NCBI GenBank assembly: GCA_037189525.1
Contig: JBBCJC010000003.1
Span: 480,001-544,000, forward strand
Length of the DNA: 64,000 nucleotides
Direction: 5' to 3'
DNA from: Gemmatimonadales bacterium
GTDB lineage: Bacteria > Gemmatimonadota > Gemmatimonadetes > Gemmatimonadales > GWC2-71-9
The notes under the pieces were generated by a model. It was not told the DNA's origin, did no database searches, and was given only the letters and a program-made list of their open reading frames with translations. The stretch's first letter is position 1. Every line of letters begins with the position of its first letter. Both the position numbers and the translations under genes were made by a program. Positions 39,284 to 48,616 of the stretch are shown here, piece after piece.

Positions 39284-41653
39284 CGAGGGGAGACCAGCGT
39301 CACTTCGCTTGCTGCGCTCGAATTTCCCGCCGTGCTCGATGTGGTGGCGGGCTGGGCCAAGGGTCCGCTTGGTGCGGAGCGGGTTCGGGATCGCCGGCCG
39401 GCCACCGATCCGGTGCTGATTGCCGCCGATCTCCGCCCGCTGGATGAGATGCTGGTTCTCTGGCGCCGGGGTGAGCGGGTCGACATCCCGCCCGTCCCGG
39501 CGCTCGCCGACGTGCTCTCCCGGCTCGGTGTGGCCGGCAGCGTCCTCAACGGCGCCGAGTTGCTCCGGGTGCGCCAGACCGTCTCGGCCGCCCGGATCGC
39601 GGTGACCGAACTGACCCGGGTCGCGTCGGAGGCGCCGTCGGCCGCGGTGCGGGTGGTGCCGCTGCCGGATCGGGTCGTCGATCGGCGGTTGCTCGAATCG
39701 ATCGGCGACGAAGGCGAAGTGCTCGACACGGCGAGCCCGGCGCTCTTTCGCGCCCGCCGCGACATCCACGCCGCGCGGGAGCGGCTGGTCAAGAAACTCG
39801 AGTCCATCCTGCGGAGCGCCGAGGCGCAGGCGGTTCCGCAAGGTGCGCAAGTGACGGTTCGGGAAGATCGCTACGTCATCCCGATCCGCCGGGACGCCAG
39901 GCAGCGCCCCGAGGGGATCATCCACGGCGAGTCCGGCAGCGCCGGCACCCTGTTCATCGAGCCGACCGCGGCCATCGAATCCGGCAATGCGCTGCGGAGC
40001 GCCATGGCCCGGGCCGAGCAGGAGGAACTCGCCGTCCTCCGCGAACTGACCGAGCTGGTGCGTCCCGAACGTCGCGTCCTCGCCGCGGCGCATGCCATGT
40101 GTGTCGAGGGTGACGATCTGCTGGCCCGGGTCCGATACGCTCACGCGGTCGAAGCTTCGGTGCCCGAGGTCGGGGCCGAGCAGATCGACCTGCGGCGGGC
40201 TCGCCATCCGCTCCTGCTGGCGCGCGGGCTCGAGGTGGTCCCGTTCGATCTCGCGCTCGGCGAGCACGAGCGGACCCTGCTGATCAGCGGACCGAATGCG
40301 GGCGGTAAGACCGTCCTGCTCAAGACCACGGGGCTGGCTATCGTGCTGGCGCAGTCGGGCATCGCGCCGCCGGTCGGGCCGGGCACCAAACTGCCCGTCA
40401 TCGACGGCATCTTCGTCGATATCGGCGACCATCAGTCGATAGCTGCGGACCTCTCCACCTTCAGCGCGCATGTCGTGGCCCTTCGGGAAATTCTGGCGAC
40501 GGCCGGCCCCGACACGCTGGTGCTGATGGACGAAATCGGGAGCGGTACCGACCCCGCGGAGGGCGGCGCGCTGGCCGCGGCGACGTTGCGAGCCCTGACT
40601 GGGCGCGGAGTGCGCACCATCGTGACGACCCATCTCGGCGCGCTCAAGTCACTGGCGAGCGAGGTGCCCGGCATCGTCAACGGCTCGCTCGAGTTCGATG
40701 CCGAAGGGCTCCGGCCCACCTTTCGGTTTCGCAAAGGCATTCCGGGGCGAAGCTACGGTCTGGCCATTGCGCGGCGCCTCGCCGTCGATCCGGAGGTGCT
40801 GGCAACCGCCGAAGCGCTGGTTCCGAAACAGGAGCGATTGCTCGACGAGTTGCTGGCCCAGGTCGAGCAGCGTGCTCGCGAGTTGGAGCAGCGGGAGAGC
40901 ATGCTGGCGGATCGCGAGTTCGAGGTCGGTAACCGCGAAGCGGTGGCAGCTGCCACCGCCGAGGCTCAGGGAATTCGCGAGCGCGAGCTCAAGCGACGCG
41001 AAAAAGACGCCGACCGGCAAGCGCGTGAAACGGCGCGGCGCCATCTGCTCGATGCCCGAGCCACGGTCGAAGAGGCGCTCCGGCTGGCGCGCGGCGCTGC
41101 CGACAGCGCCGAGGCGAAGGAAGCGCGCCGGGTCATCGAGGAAGCGGCCGGTCGCGAACGCGCCGCGCTCGACGCCAGCCGCGCAATAACGGAAGGCGGA
41201 CTGGGGGCGGACAAAGAGCTGACGGTCGGCGCCCGGGTCCGGCTCCCGTCGGGCAGCGCCGGCGTCGTCCACGAGCTGCGCGGCGATGGCAAAGCCGTGG
41301 TAACGGTCGGGGTCGTCAAACTCGTCGCTGCAGCCTCGGAACTCACGCCGTTGGCCGAGGAGCCCGCGGCGCGCCGCAAGACCACGGTGTACGAAGCGCC
41401 GTCGGCGCCATTCGAAGTCGATCTTCGTGGTATGCGGGGCGATGAGGCTGCTGTCGTTGCCACTGCAGCGCTGGATGCGGCCGTCCTGGCGGAGAACCCC
41501 TACCTGCGCATCATCCATGGGATGGGCACCGGCGTCGTGCGCGACCGGGTGCGGCAGATCCTCAAGGCGGATCGCCGAGTGGCACGGTTTGCCTTTGCGC
41601 CGCCCAACCAGGGTGGTACCGGTGTGACCATTGCCGAATTCGCGGCGGGCTGA
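39212..41653 (+). CDS. mutS2: Endonuclease MutS2 (start uncertain)
   Basis: LEFPAVL N-terminal motif, GTLFIEP, Walker A GPNAGGKT, LMDEIGSGTDP, TTH and C-terminal Smr domain (DLRG, IIHGMGTG). Confidence 0.93.
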   Translation: MMVMGSGQDKSGVQARSASTPLPFRGETSVTSLAALEFPAVLDVVAGWAKGPLGAERVRDRRPATDPVLIAADLRPLDEMLVLWRRGERVDIPPVPALADVLSRLGVAGSVLNGAELLRVRQTVSAARIAVTELTRVASEAPSAAVRVVPLPDRVVDRRLLESIGDEGEVLDTASPALFRARRDIHAARERLVKKLESILRSAEAQAVPQGAQVTVREDRYVIPIRRDARQRPEGIIHGESGSAGTLFIEPTAAIESGNALRSAMARAEQEELAVLRELTELVRPERRVLAAAHAMCVEGDDLLARVRYAHAVEASVPEVGAEQIDLRRARHPLLLARGLEVVPFDLALGEHERTLLISGPNAGGKTVLLKTTGLAIVLAQSGIAPPVGPGTKLPVIDGIFVDIGDHQSIAADLSTFSAHVVALREILATAGPDTLVLMDEIGSGTDPAEGGALAAATLRALTGRGVRTIVTTHLGALKSLASEVPGIVNGSLEFDAEGLRPTFRFRKGIPGRSYGLAIARRLAVDPEVLATAEALVPKQERLLDELLAQVEQRARELEQRESMLADREFEVGNREAVAAATAEAQGIRERELKRREKDADRQARETARRHLLDARATVEEALRLARGAADSAEAKEARRVIEEAAGRERAALDASRAITEGGLGADKELTVGARVRLPSGSAGVVHELRGDGKAVVTVGVVKLVAAASELTPLAEEPAARRKTTVYEAPSAPFEVDLRGMRGDEAAVVATAALDAAVLAENPYLRIIHGMGTGVVRDRVRQILKADRRVARFAFAPPNQGGTGVTIAEFAAG
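39241..39283 (+). terminator. Intrinsic terminator-like hairpin
   Basis: GAGCGGGGTGC / GCACCCCGCTC 11-bp stem with inner GCGC-GAA-GCGC, followed by CCTTTT. Confidence 0.6.
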
Positions 41654-41656
41654 GCC

Positions 41657-43453
41657 ATGATCCCTGACGAGCTGATCGAGCAGGTGCGCGACTCGGCCGA
41701 TCTGGTCGAAGTGGTCGGCGAGGCGGTCAGTCTCAAACGGACTGGCGCCGACTGGCGAGGCCCCTGTCCGTTCCACGGCGGGACTCATCGCAATTTTGCC
41801 GTGGTGCCCAAGAAGGGACTCTACTACTGCTATGTCTGTCATGCCGCGGGCGATGTCTTCACCTTCCTGATGAAGCGGTTCGGGATGGACTATCCGACCG
41901 CGGTGCGTGAGGTGGCTCGCCGGGTCGGCATCGTGATTCCCGAACAGGGCGCGCGCGAGGGACCGGACCCGCGGGAGCCGCTCTACGGCGCGATGAGCGT
42001 TGCGCAGGAATGGTTTGCCACCCGCCTGCGCGAAGGCCCCGATGCGGAGCAGGCGAGGCGCTATCTCGAGTCGCGCGAGTTACCCCTGACGGTCGCGGCC
42101 GAATGGGGGCTCGGCTTTGCGCCCCGCGATCGCGCTTTTGCCGATGCGATGCGCCAGCTCGGTCTGGACGAACGGGTGATGCTCGACGTCGGCCTGCTGG
42201 TTCGCCGGGACGACGGCACCGTGATCCCGCGATTCCGTGGCCGGCTGCTCTTTCCGATTCGCGATCAGCGCGGGCGCGTCGTGGCGTTTGGCGGGCGCAT
42301 CCTGGGCTCGGGCGAACCCAAGTATCTCAATAGTCCGGAGTCGCCGATCTTCCACAAGGGGACGGGACTCTACAACCTGCATCAGGCCAAGCACGCGATT
42401 CGCAAAGATGGTCACGCCATCGTGGTCGAGGGCTACTTCGACGTGATCCGATTGGTCGAAGCCGGAATCGAGTCGGTGGTCGCTCCCCTGGGAACCGCTC
42501 TCACTGCGGACCAAGCGACTCTGCTGCGCCGCTTTGCGCCGACCGTACTCCTGCTGTACGACTCCGATGCGGCCGGGCTCAAGGCCACCTTCCGCGCCGG
42601 CGACGAATGCCTCCGCAATGGACTGCGGGTGCGCGTGGCCACGATGCCCGAGGGTGAAGATCCCGACACCCTGGTGCGCACCGGCGGCCCGGCGGCGCTC
42701 AACCGGATCCTCGACGATGCGGTCGATGTGGTGGAGCGCAAAATCCAACTGCTCGAACGTCGCGGCTGGTTCGAAGGGGTGGAGCGGCGGCGGGAGGCGC
42801 TGGACCGCTTGCTGCCGACCATTCGCGCGGCCAGCGATCCGATTGCCCGCGACCTCTATATCGGTCGGGTCGCGGAGCGGGTCGGGCTCACCCGCGCGGT
42901 GCTGGAACAGGAGCTCACTGCCGCGCCGAAACCATCGGCACCGCGGCAGCCGGTTCGTCCGGCACCGCCGTCGGTCGATCGCCGGCCGGCGCGGCCGGAG
43001 CGCCGCCGGACCGGGACGCGCGCCGAAGCGGTGCTGCTGCAACTGATGATCCATGACGGCAGCTGGAGGGCGCGTGCCAGGCGCGAATTGGCGGTCGAGC
43101 GATTCGACGTGCCCACCTTCCGGGAAATTTACGGTGCGCTGGTCGCCCTCCCGGACGCGGCGCCGGCTAGCGACGCGCTTGCCGCGCTGGCACCGCAGGC
43201 CGCGGCGGCCTGGCAGCGCCTCGCGGAGCACGCGGCGGCACTCGACGGCCAGGATCTCGATGCCGTCTACGCTGCGGAACTGACCCGGCTGGATGAGCGC
43301 GATGCCCTCCGCGCGTTGCCGCCGCAGATCGAAATCGGTCCCCGTTCGATGTCCAAACAGCAACTCTCCCCGGCGGCCAAAGCACGGTTCGTCTGGGAGA
43401 AACAGAAGGCCAACTCCCCATCGCGTCCACCGGACGCTCGACGTGAAGGATGA
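41657..43453 (+). CDS. dnaG: DNA primase
   Basis: CHC2 Zn finger CPFH...CYVC, FRGRLLFPI, KYLNSPES and TOPRIM VEGYFD / YDSDAAG. Confidence 0.96.
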   Translation: MIPDELIEQVRDSADLVEVVGEAVSLKRTGADWRGPCPFHGGTHRNFAVVPKKGLYYCYVCHAAGDVFTFLMKRFGMDYPTAVREVARRVGIVIPEQGAREGPDPREPLYGAMSVAQEWFATRLREGPDAEQARRYLESRELPLTVAAEWGLGFAPRDRAFADAMRQLGLDERVMLDVGLLVRRDDGTVIPRFRGRLLFPIRDQRGRVVAFGGRILGSGEPKYLNSPESPIFHKGTGLYNLHQAKHAIRKDGHAIVVEGYFDVIRLVEAGIESVVAPLGTALTADQATLLRRFAPTVLLLYDSDAAGLKATFRAGDECLRNGLRVRVATMPEGEDPDTLVRTGGPAALNRILDDAVDVVERKIQLLERRGWFEGVERRREALDRLLPTIRAASDPIARDLYIGRVAERVGLTRAVLEQELTAAPKPSAPRQPVRPAPPSVDRRPARPERRRTGTRAEAVLLQLMIHDGSWRARARRELAVERFDVPTFREIYGALVALPDAAPASDALAALAPQAAAAWQRLAEHAAALDGQDLDAVYAAELTRLDERDALRALPPQIEIGPRSMSKQQLSPAAKARFVWEKQKANSPSRPPDARREG

Positions 43454-43461
43454 CGTAACTC

Positions 43462-44175
43462 ATGCATGCTGAACTGATGAAATTGCTTGACCTCCAAATC
43501 CGCGACCTCAGTCTCGTCGAAATCGACGCCCGGCTCGGTTCGATTCTGGCCGAGATTGCCAAACTCGATTCGGAACTCGAAGCCGGCCGGCGCGAAGTCC
43601 AGGTGGCCGAGAAGCGCCTGGCCGATGGCGTGGCCAAGCGCGGCGATCTGGAAGGGCGGATCGAGGGCTATCGCGCCGTCGAATCCCGCCGGAAGGAACG
43701 GCTCGAGCTGGCGCGCGGCGCGCGTGAGGCGCAGGCCGTCATGACGGAAGTCGAAATGGCGCGCGCGGTCCTGGCGCGCGAAGAACAGGAATGGGTCAAG
43801 GTGGCCGAAGGCGTGACCGATCTCGAGCGGGGCGCCAAGACCAGCCGGGAGCGCCTGGCGGAAGCCGAAGCCAAGCAGGCGGACGAGCGCGCCCGGCTTG
43901 CTGCGGAGCAGGCGAAGCTGGAGGGCGAACGGGACGCGGCGCGCAGCGAGCGCAACAGCGCGGCCGGTCTGATCGATCGCGGTCTGCGGGCGCGCTATGA
44001 TCGCCTGCGCTCGGCGCGCTCGGTTGCGGTCGTGGTACCGCTCCGGGGTGAGGCGTGTGGCGCCTGTTACACCTCGGTGCCGCGGAACCGCCGGACCCAG
44101 ATTCGCGCCGGCATCCTGCTCGACAACTGCGAAGCGTGCGGCGTCATCCTGTACGCCGAGGACGTGTCCTCGTGA
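43462..44175 (+). CDS. Coiled-coil protein with C-terminal C4 zinc ribbon (DUF164/CT398-like)
   Basis: LLDLQIRD, long coiled coil and CGAC...CEACGVILY. Confidence 0.85.
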   Translation: MHAELMKLLDLQIRDLSLVEIDARLGSILAEIAKLDSELEAGRREVQVAEKRLADGVAKRGDLEGRIEGYRAVESRRKERLELARGAREAQAVMTEVEMARAVLAREEQEWVKVAEGVTDLERGAKTSRERLAEAEAKQADERARLAAEQAKLEGERDAARSERNSAAGLIDRGLRARYDRLRSARSVAVVVPLRGEACGACYTSVPRNRRTQIRAGILLDNCEACGVILYAEDVSS

Positions 44176-45911
44176 CGCAACCCGCGCTGCGTTGGCGGGT
44201 GGCGCCGCCTCCCGATCCCGACACAGCCCGGCAGTTGGCTCAATCCCTCGAGATCCCGCCTCCGCTGGCCCGGCTGCTGGTGCAGCGCGGCTATGGCGAG
44301 ACGGATACGGCCAAACGATTCCTCCGGCCGGAACTCCAGTCGCTCTCGGATCCCTACGCACTGGCCGGCATGGCCGATGCCGTCGAGGTCGTGGTGCGCA
44401 CCATTCGTGGCGGGCACCGGATCCTGGTCCACGGCGACTATGACGTCGACGGGCAGTGCGCCTCCGCGCTGCTGACCCGAGCGCTCCGCGCGGCAGGCGC
44501 CACGGTCGACGCGTTCGTGCCGCATCGGATGCGGGACGGCTACGACTTCGGGCCGGCAGGGTTGGCGCGCGCGCGCGAAATCGGCGCCCGCCTGATCCTG
44601 ACGTGTGACTGCGGGATCACCGCCGTCGACACGGTCCGGCAGGCCAGGGAAGCCGGGCTCGATGTCGTCGTCACCGACCATCACTTGCTGGGCCCGACAC
44701 CGCCTCCGGCCAACGCGATTCTCGATCCGCAGCGTCCCGATGACAACTCGGGGCTGGGCACGCTATGCGGTACCGGGGTCGCCTTCAAATTGGTGCAGGC
44801 GCTGGTGGAGCCGTTGGGATTGCCGGAATCGTTCCCGCTCCACTTCCTCGACTTCGTGGCCGTGGCAACCGTGGCCGACGTGGTGCCCTTGATTGGAGAG
44901 AATCGGGTCCTCGTCCGTCACGGACTCAAAGTGCTCAACAAAACCCGCTGGCCGGGGTTCCGCGCCTTGATTCAGAGCGCGGGGCTTGGCAACGCCGAGG
45001 TGCGCGCGTCGCAGGTGGGCTTCGTGCTGGGTCCGCGCCTCAATGCGGCCGGGCGGATCGGCGACGCCAACGACGGCTTGCGGCTCCTGCTCACCGATTC
45101 CGAGGCGGAAGCCGGCGCGCTTGCCGCGCAACTCGAGAAGCTCAACACCGAGCGGCAGGAACTCGATCAGCAGATCCTGGCGCAGGCCATCGACCGGGTG
45201 GAGCGGACCGTCGATCTCGATCGGACGGCGGGGCTGGTGCTGGCCTCGGACGGGTGGCATCCGGGCGTGGTCGGCATCGTCGCGTCGCGCGTGGTCGAGC
45301 GTTTCGGGCGGCCCGCGTTTCTGATCGGCTTGGCCGGCGACGTCGGCAAAGGGTCGGGCCGGAGCATTTCGCGCTTCGATCTGCACGGTGCGCTGCAGCA
45401 GTGCGGCGACCTGCTCGAGCGCTTCGGGGGCCATCGGATGGCGGCGGGTCTCACCGTGCGGCGTGATCGGGTCGACGAGTTTGCCGAACGTTTCGCGGCC
45501 GTCTGCGGCGAGCGGCTCGCGCCGAGCGACCTGGGGCCCGAACAGCGGGTCGATCTGGAAATCGGACTCGACGAAGCGACGGCCGATCTCGAACGGCTTT
45601 GTCGCCATCTCGAGCCGTGCGGAATGGGCAATCCGGGCCCGGTCTTCCTGACGCGTGATGCCCGGCTGGCCAGCTGGAGCTACATTGGGGCCAAGAACGA
45701 ACATCTCCGCGGGGTGCTCAAAACCGAGCGTGGCCGGCTCGATGTGATCGGGTTCCAGTTTGCCGACCGAACCGGCTGGTTGGGCAACGATCCGGTCGAT
45801 GCGGCATTCCGGCTCGAGCGGAACGTCTTCCGTGGTCAGGAGCAGTTGCAGGCAAAACTGGTCGGCATCACACCGGCCACGGGACGGATACTCGATCTCG
45901 ACCCGGCGTGA
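44172..45911 (+). CDS. recJ: Single-stranded DNA exonuclease RecJ
   Basis: HGDYDVDG, TCDCG, TDHH, TVADVVPL, PRLNAAGR and GGHRMAAG; GTG start overlaps the upstream TGA. Confidence 0.96.
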   Translation: MTQPALRWRVAPPPDPDTARQLAQSLEIPPPLARLLVQRGYGETDTAKRFLRPELQSLSDPYALAGMADAVEVVVRTIRGGHRILVHGDYDVDGQCASALLTRALRAAGATVDAFVPHRMRDGYDFGPAGLARAREIGARLILTCDCGITAVDTVRQAREAGLDVVVTDHHLLGPTPPPANAILDPQRPDDNSGLGTLCGTGVAFKLVQALVEPLGLPESFPLHFLDFVAVATVADVVPLIGENRVLVRHGLKVLNKTRWPGFRALIQSAGLGNAEVRASQVGFVLGPRLNAAGRIGDANDGLRLLLTDSEAEAGALAAQLEKLNTERQELDQQILAQAIDRVERTVDLDRTAGLVLASDGWHPGVVGIVASRVVERFGRPAFLIGLAGDVGKGSGRSISRFDLHGALQQCGDLLERFGGHRMAAGLTVRRDRVDEFAERFAAVCGERLAPSDLGPEQRVDLEIGLDEATADLERLCRHLEPCGMGNPGPVFLTRDARLASWSYIGAKNEHLRGVLKTERGRLDVIGFQFADRTGWLGNDPVDAAFRLERNVFRGQEQLQAKLVGITPATGRILDLDPA

Positions 45912-46426
45912 CGCGGATCATCAGTGGTGAGTTCGGCGGCCGGCGTCTGGTCACGCCGGCCGACCGCCGGGTCCGACCGACGGCCGATCGCGTCCGCGAG
46001 GCCTGGTTCAGCATTCTCGGCCAGCGCGTCGTGGATGCCGTGGTTGTCGACTTGTTCGCCGGCAGCGGGGCGTTAGGCTTAGAGGCGGTCTCGCGCGGCG
46101 CGCGCCATGCCACGCTGGTCGATCTCAACCGCCCGTCGCTCGAGGCCATTCGCGCCAACGTGGACGCGCTTGGTCTTACCGATCGGGTCCGGATCGTTCG
46201 GGGCGACGTCTTTCGGTTCCTGGCGGGGACGTCCGGCCGCGCCTTTACCCTGGCCCTGGCCGATCCGCCCTATGGGTTGGGGATGGCGGCGCGGGTCGTG
46301 GCGCAGTTCCGTTCGGCGCCCTTTGCGGACCTGCTGGCCATCGAGCACCGAGCCGATGAAACCCTCCCGGAGGGCGAGACCCGGGGTTATGGAGACACTG
46401 CGGTGACTTTTTACGAGGCCCCATGA
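45908..46426 (+). CDS. rsmD: 16S rRNA m2G966 methyltransferase
   Basis: RIISGEFGGRRL, RPTADRVRE, DLFAGSGALGLEAVSRGA and DPPY. Confidence 0.93.
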   Translation: MTRIISGEFGGRRLVTPADRRVRPTADRVREAWFSILGQRVVDAVVVDLFAGSGALGLEAVSRGARHATLVDLNRPSLEAIRANVDALGLTDRVRIVRGDVFRFLAGTSGRAFTLALADPPYGLGMAARVVAQFRSAPFADLLAIEHRADETLPEGETRGYGDTAVTFYEAP

Positions 46427-46902
46427 GCCGAATCGGCCTGTACGCGGGATCCTTCGACCCTCCGACGCGCGGCCACGAGGACGTGATCCGGCGGGCCGCA
46501 GCGTTGCTCGATCGGCTGGTCGTGGCCATTGCCATCAATCCCAACAAGCAGCCCGTCCTTCCGGTCGAAGAACGGCTCGACCTGTTCCGTCGCATCGTGG
46601 CCTTGCCCAATGTGACGTTCGAAACGTTCGAGGGATTGCTGGCCGATCGGGCTCGGACGCTTGGTGCGACCGTGCTGGTGCGCGGCATCCGTAACGCCGC
46701 CGACCTCGATCAGGAAACGCCGATGGCCGTGATGAACCGCCGCCTGCTCCCGGGGCTCGAGACGATTTTTCTGACGCCCTCGCCGGAGGTGAGTTTCGTG
46801 AGCGGTACGCTGGTACGTGAGGTCGCTCGCTTCGGAGGCGATGTGACGCCGATGGTCCACCCCGTCGTGGCCGAGGCGCTTGCGGCGCGGATGGCCCGAT
46901 GA
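46423..46902 (+). CDS. coaD: Phosphopantetheine adenylyltransferase
   Basis: YAGSFDPPTRGH, RGIR and ETIFL; rsmD-coaD synteny. Confidence 0.95.
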   Translation: MSRIGLYAGSFDPPTRGHEDVIRRAAALLDRLVVAIAINPNKQPVLPVEERLDLFRRIVALPNVTFETFEGLLADRARTLGATVLVRGIRNAADLDQETPMAVMNRRLLPGLETIFLTPSPEVSFVSGTLVREVARFGGDVTPMVHPVVAEALAARMAR

Positions 46903-47798
46903 CTCCGCTCGCATCGGTAGTGGCGCGCGCGGTCGAGCGGCGCGGACGGCTCGTCATGATCGACCAGGAAGACGGTTCGATCGAGCGGGCGGCCGAGGAA
47001 CTCCGGCAGCAGGGCATCGACGGGATCACGCTGATCGGGCAGGCCGGGATCGACCCCGCCGCCGATCCGCGGTTGGGGGAGATTGCCGCGGTATTGCGGG
47101 ATTGCTGGCCGGAACGGGTCCGCGACGGCATTCATGCGCTCGACCTGGCGGCGCATCCGCTCCTCTTTGCCGCGGGGCTGACCGTTCTCGGCCACGCGGA
47201 CGTCTGCCTGGCCGGCACGGCCGTGCCGATGGACGCCGTCGAGGAGGCGGCCCGATGGATTCTGGGCTCCGACCGCAGTCGGGTCCGCGGCCATCTTGCG
47301 TACCTGCTCACATTGGACGATCGTCTTTCGACGTTGGCCATTCCCGATTCCGCGGGGCCGCTGGATGCCCGGGCCATGGCGGAACTGGTCATGACGGCGG
47401 CCGGTCACCGGACCCGGGTCGTCGGCGACCAGCCGCGGGTCGGCTTCCTGGTTCCTCCGCCCAGCCAGGACGCCAGCCATGCGGACGCCGAGGTGGCCCT
47501 GAACGAACTCCGGACCCTGGCCCCCGGAATCTCGGCCTCGGTTGAGTGGGGGTGGAGCACCCCGTCGGAGGGGACGGAATCGGGCCGATTCCGCTCGGGG
47601 CCCAACGTTCTCATATTTCCTGATCCCGTTTCCGGTCACGTGGCCCAATTGGTGCTCCGGGATTCGGTCGGGCGCAAAGCATGGGGACCATTGTTTCCGG
47701 GAGGACGTTGGACTCTGGCAGGCGTACCCGAAGGTGCGACACCCTCGGATATCGTCGCGGTCGCGGCACTCGCGCTCGCCGGCGTGTCGAGGGCCTAA
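46899..47798 (+). CDS. Phosphate acetyltransferase (PTA/PTB)-fold protein, degenerate
   Basis: HPLLFAAGL..GHAD, PRVGFL, NVLIFPDPVSG and GP...SDIVAVAAL follow the Pta layout, but DLSRG is replaced by GVPEG. Confidence 0.65.
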   Translation: MTPLASVVARAVERRGRLVMIDQEDGSIERAAEELRQQGIDGITLIGQAGIDPAADPRLGEIAAVLRDCWPERVRDGIHALDLAAHPLLFAAGLTVLGHADVCLAGTAVPMDAVEEAARWILGSDRSRVRGHLAYLLTLDDRLSTLAIPDSAGPLDARAMAELVMTAAGHRTRVVGDQPRVGFLVPPPSQDASHADAEVALNELRTLAPGISASVEWGWSTPSEGTESGRFRSGPNVLIFPDPVSGHVAQLVLRDSVGRKAWGPLFPGGRWTLAGVPEGATPSDIVAVAALALAGVSRA

Positions 47799-47811
47799 CG
47801 GGAGAGGATTC

Positions 47812-48147
47812 ATGGGCTTTACCAAGACGGCCAATGGCCGCGGGGTCACCGTGGTTCGGATCGAGGGCCAGCTCATCGTCGGTAATCGGCAAGAGCTCAA
47901 GGCATTGATCCAGGATTCGCTCGAGGCCGGTGACCGGAAGTTCCTAATCGACTGCAGCCAGACGGCCTACATCGATTCGTCCGGCCTCGGCGCCCTGGTG
48001 ACGATCTCCAAGAAGGTCCGCGAAAACGGAGGCGATCTCCGGCTCGCCGGCCTCAACGACGATCTCCGGTCGCTCTTCGAGCTTACCAAGCTCGACGCCC
48101 TCTTCACCATCGTGCCGACCGTCGACGACGGCTTGGCCGGGTTCTGA
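47812..48147 (+). CDS. STAS-domain anti-sigma-factor antagonist (RsbV/SpoIIAA-like)
   Basis: YIDSSGLGALV phospho-Ser motif and LFELTKLD; GGAGAGG RBS. Confidence 0.92.
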   Translation: MGFTKTANGRGVTVVRIEGQLIVGNRQELKALIQDSLEAGDRKFLIDCSQTAYIDSSGLGALVTISKKVRENGGDLRLAGLNDDLRSLFELTKLDALFTIVPTVDDGLAGF

Positions 48148-48154
48148 CATCGCC

Positions 48155-48616
48155 GTGTCCTTCCGTCTGACCATCCACCGGACCGAGCCCGCGCCAAGCG
48201 AGGTGGGGCCGGTGGCTGTCGACCTCGCGATGCCGAGCGATGTCGATAAGGTCGGGACGGTGGTGGAGCTGATGGCGGGGCAGTGCTTTGCGGGGCAGGC
48301 GCCCTGCGCGCGGACCGCCTTCCGGCTCAAGGTCACCCTCGCAGAAGCCCTGAGCAACGCCATCCTGCGCGGCAACGGGGCCGATCCGGACAAGCAGGTC
48401 TTCGTCCATGCGGAGCTGACCTCGGAGGTCATCCGCCTCTCGGTCCAGGATCAGGGGCCCGGGCTCGACCCGGCTCGCTGGGAGGCGGGTCCGATCCTGC
48501 CCGAGGAACTCGAGTCCGAAGGTGGCCGCGGGCTTTTCATCATCAAGCATCTCGCCGATCAGGTTGGCTTCAGCGACCAGGGGAACACGATCTGGATGAC
48601 GCTGCCGCGCAGCTGA
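48155..48616 (+). CDS. Anti-sigma factor / Ser kinase (RsbW-like HATPase_c_2)
   Basis: EALSNAILRGN, VQDQGPG and GGRGLFII. Confidence 0.88.
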   Translation: MSFRLTIHRTEPAPSEVGPVAVDLAMPSDVDKVGTVVELMAGQCFAGQAPCARTAFRLKVTLAEALSNAILRGNGADPDKQVFVHAELTSEVIRLSVQDQGPGLDPARWEAGPILPEELESEGGRGLFIIKHLADQVGFSDQGNTIWMTLPRS

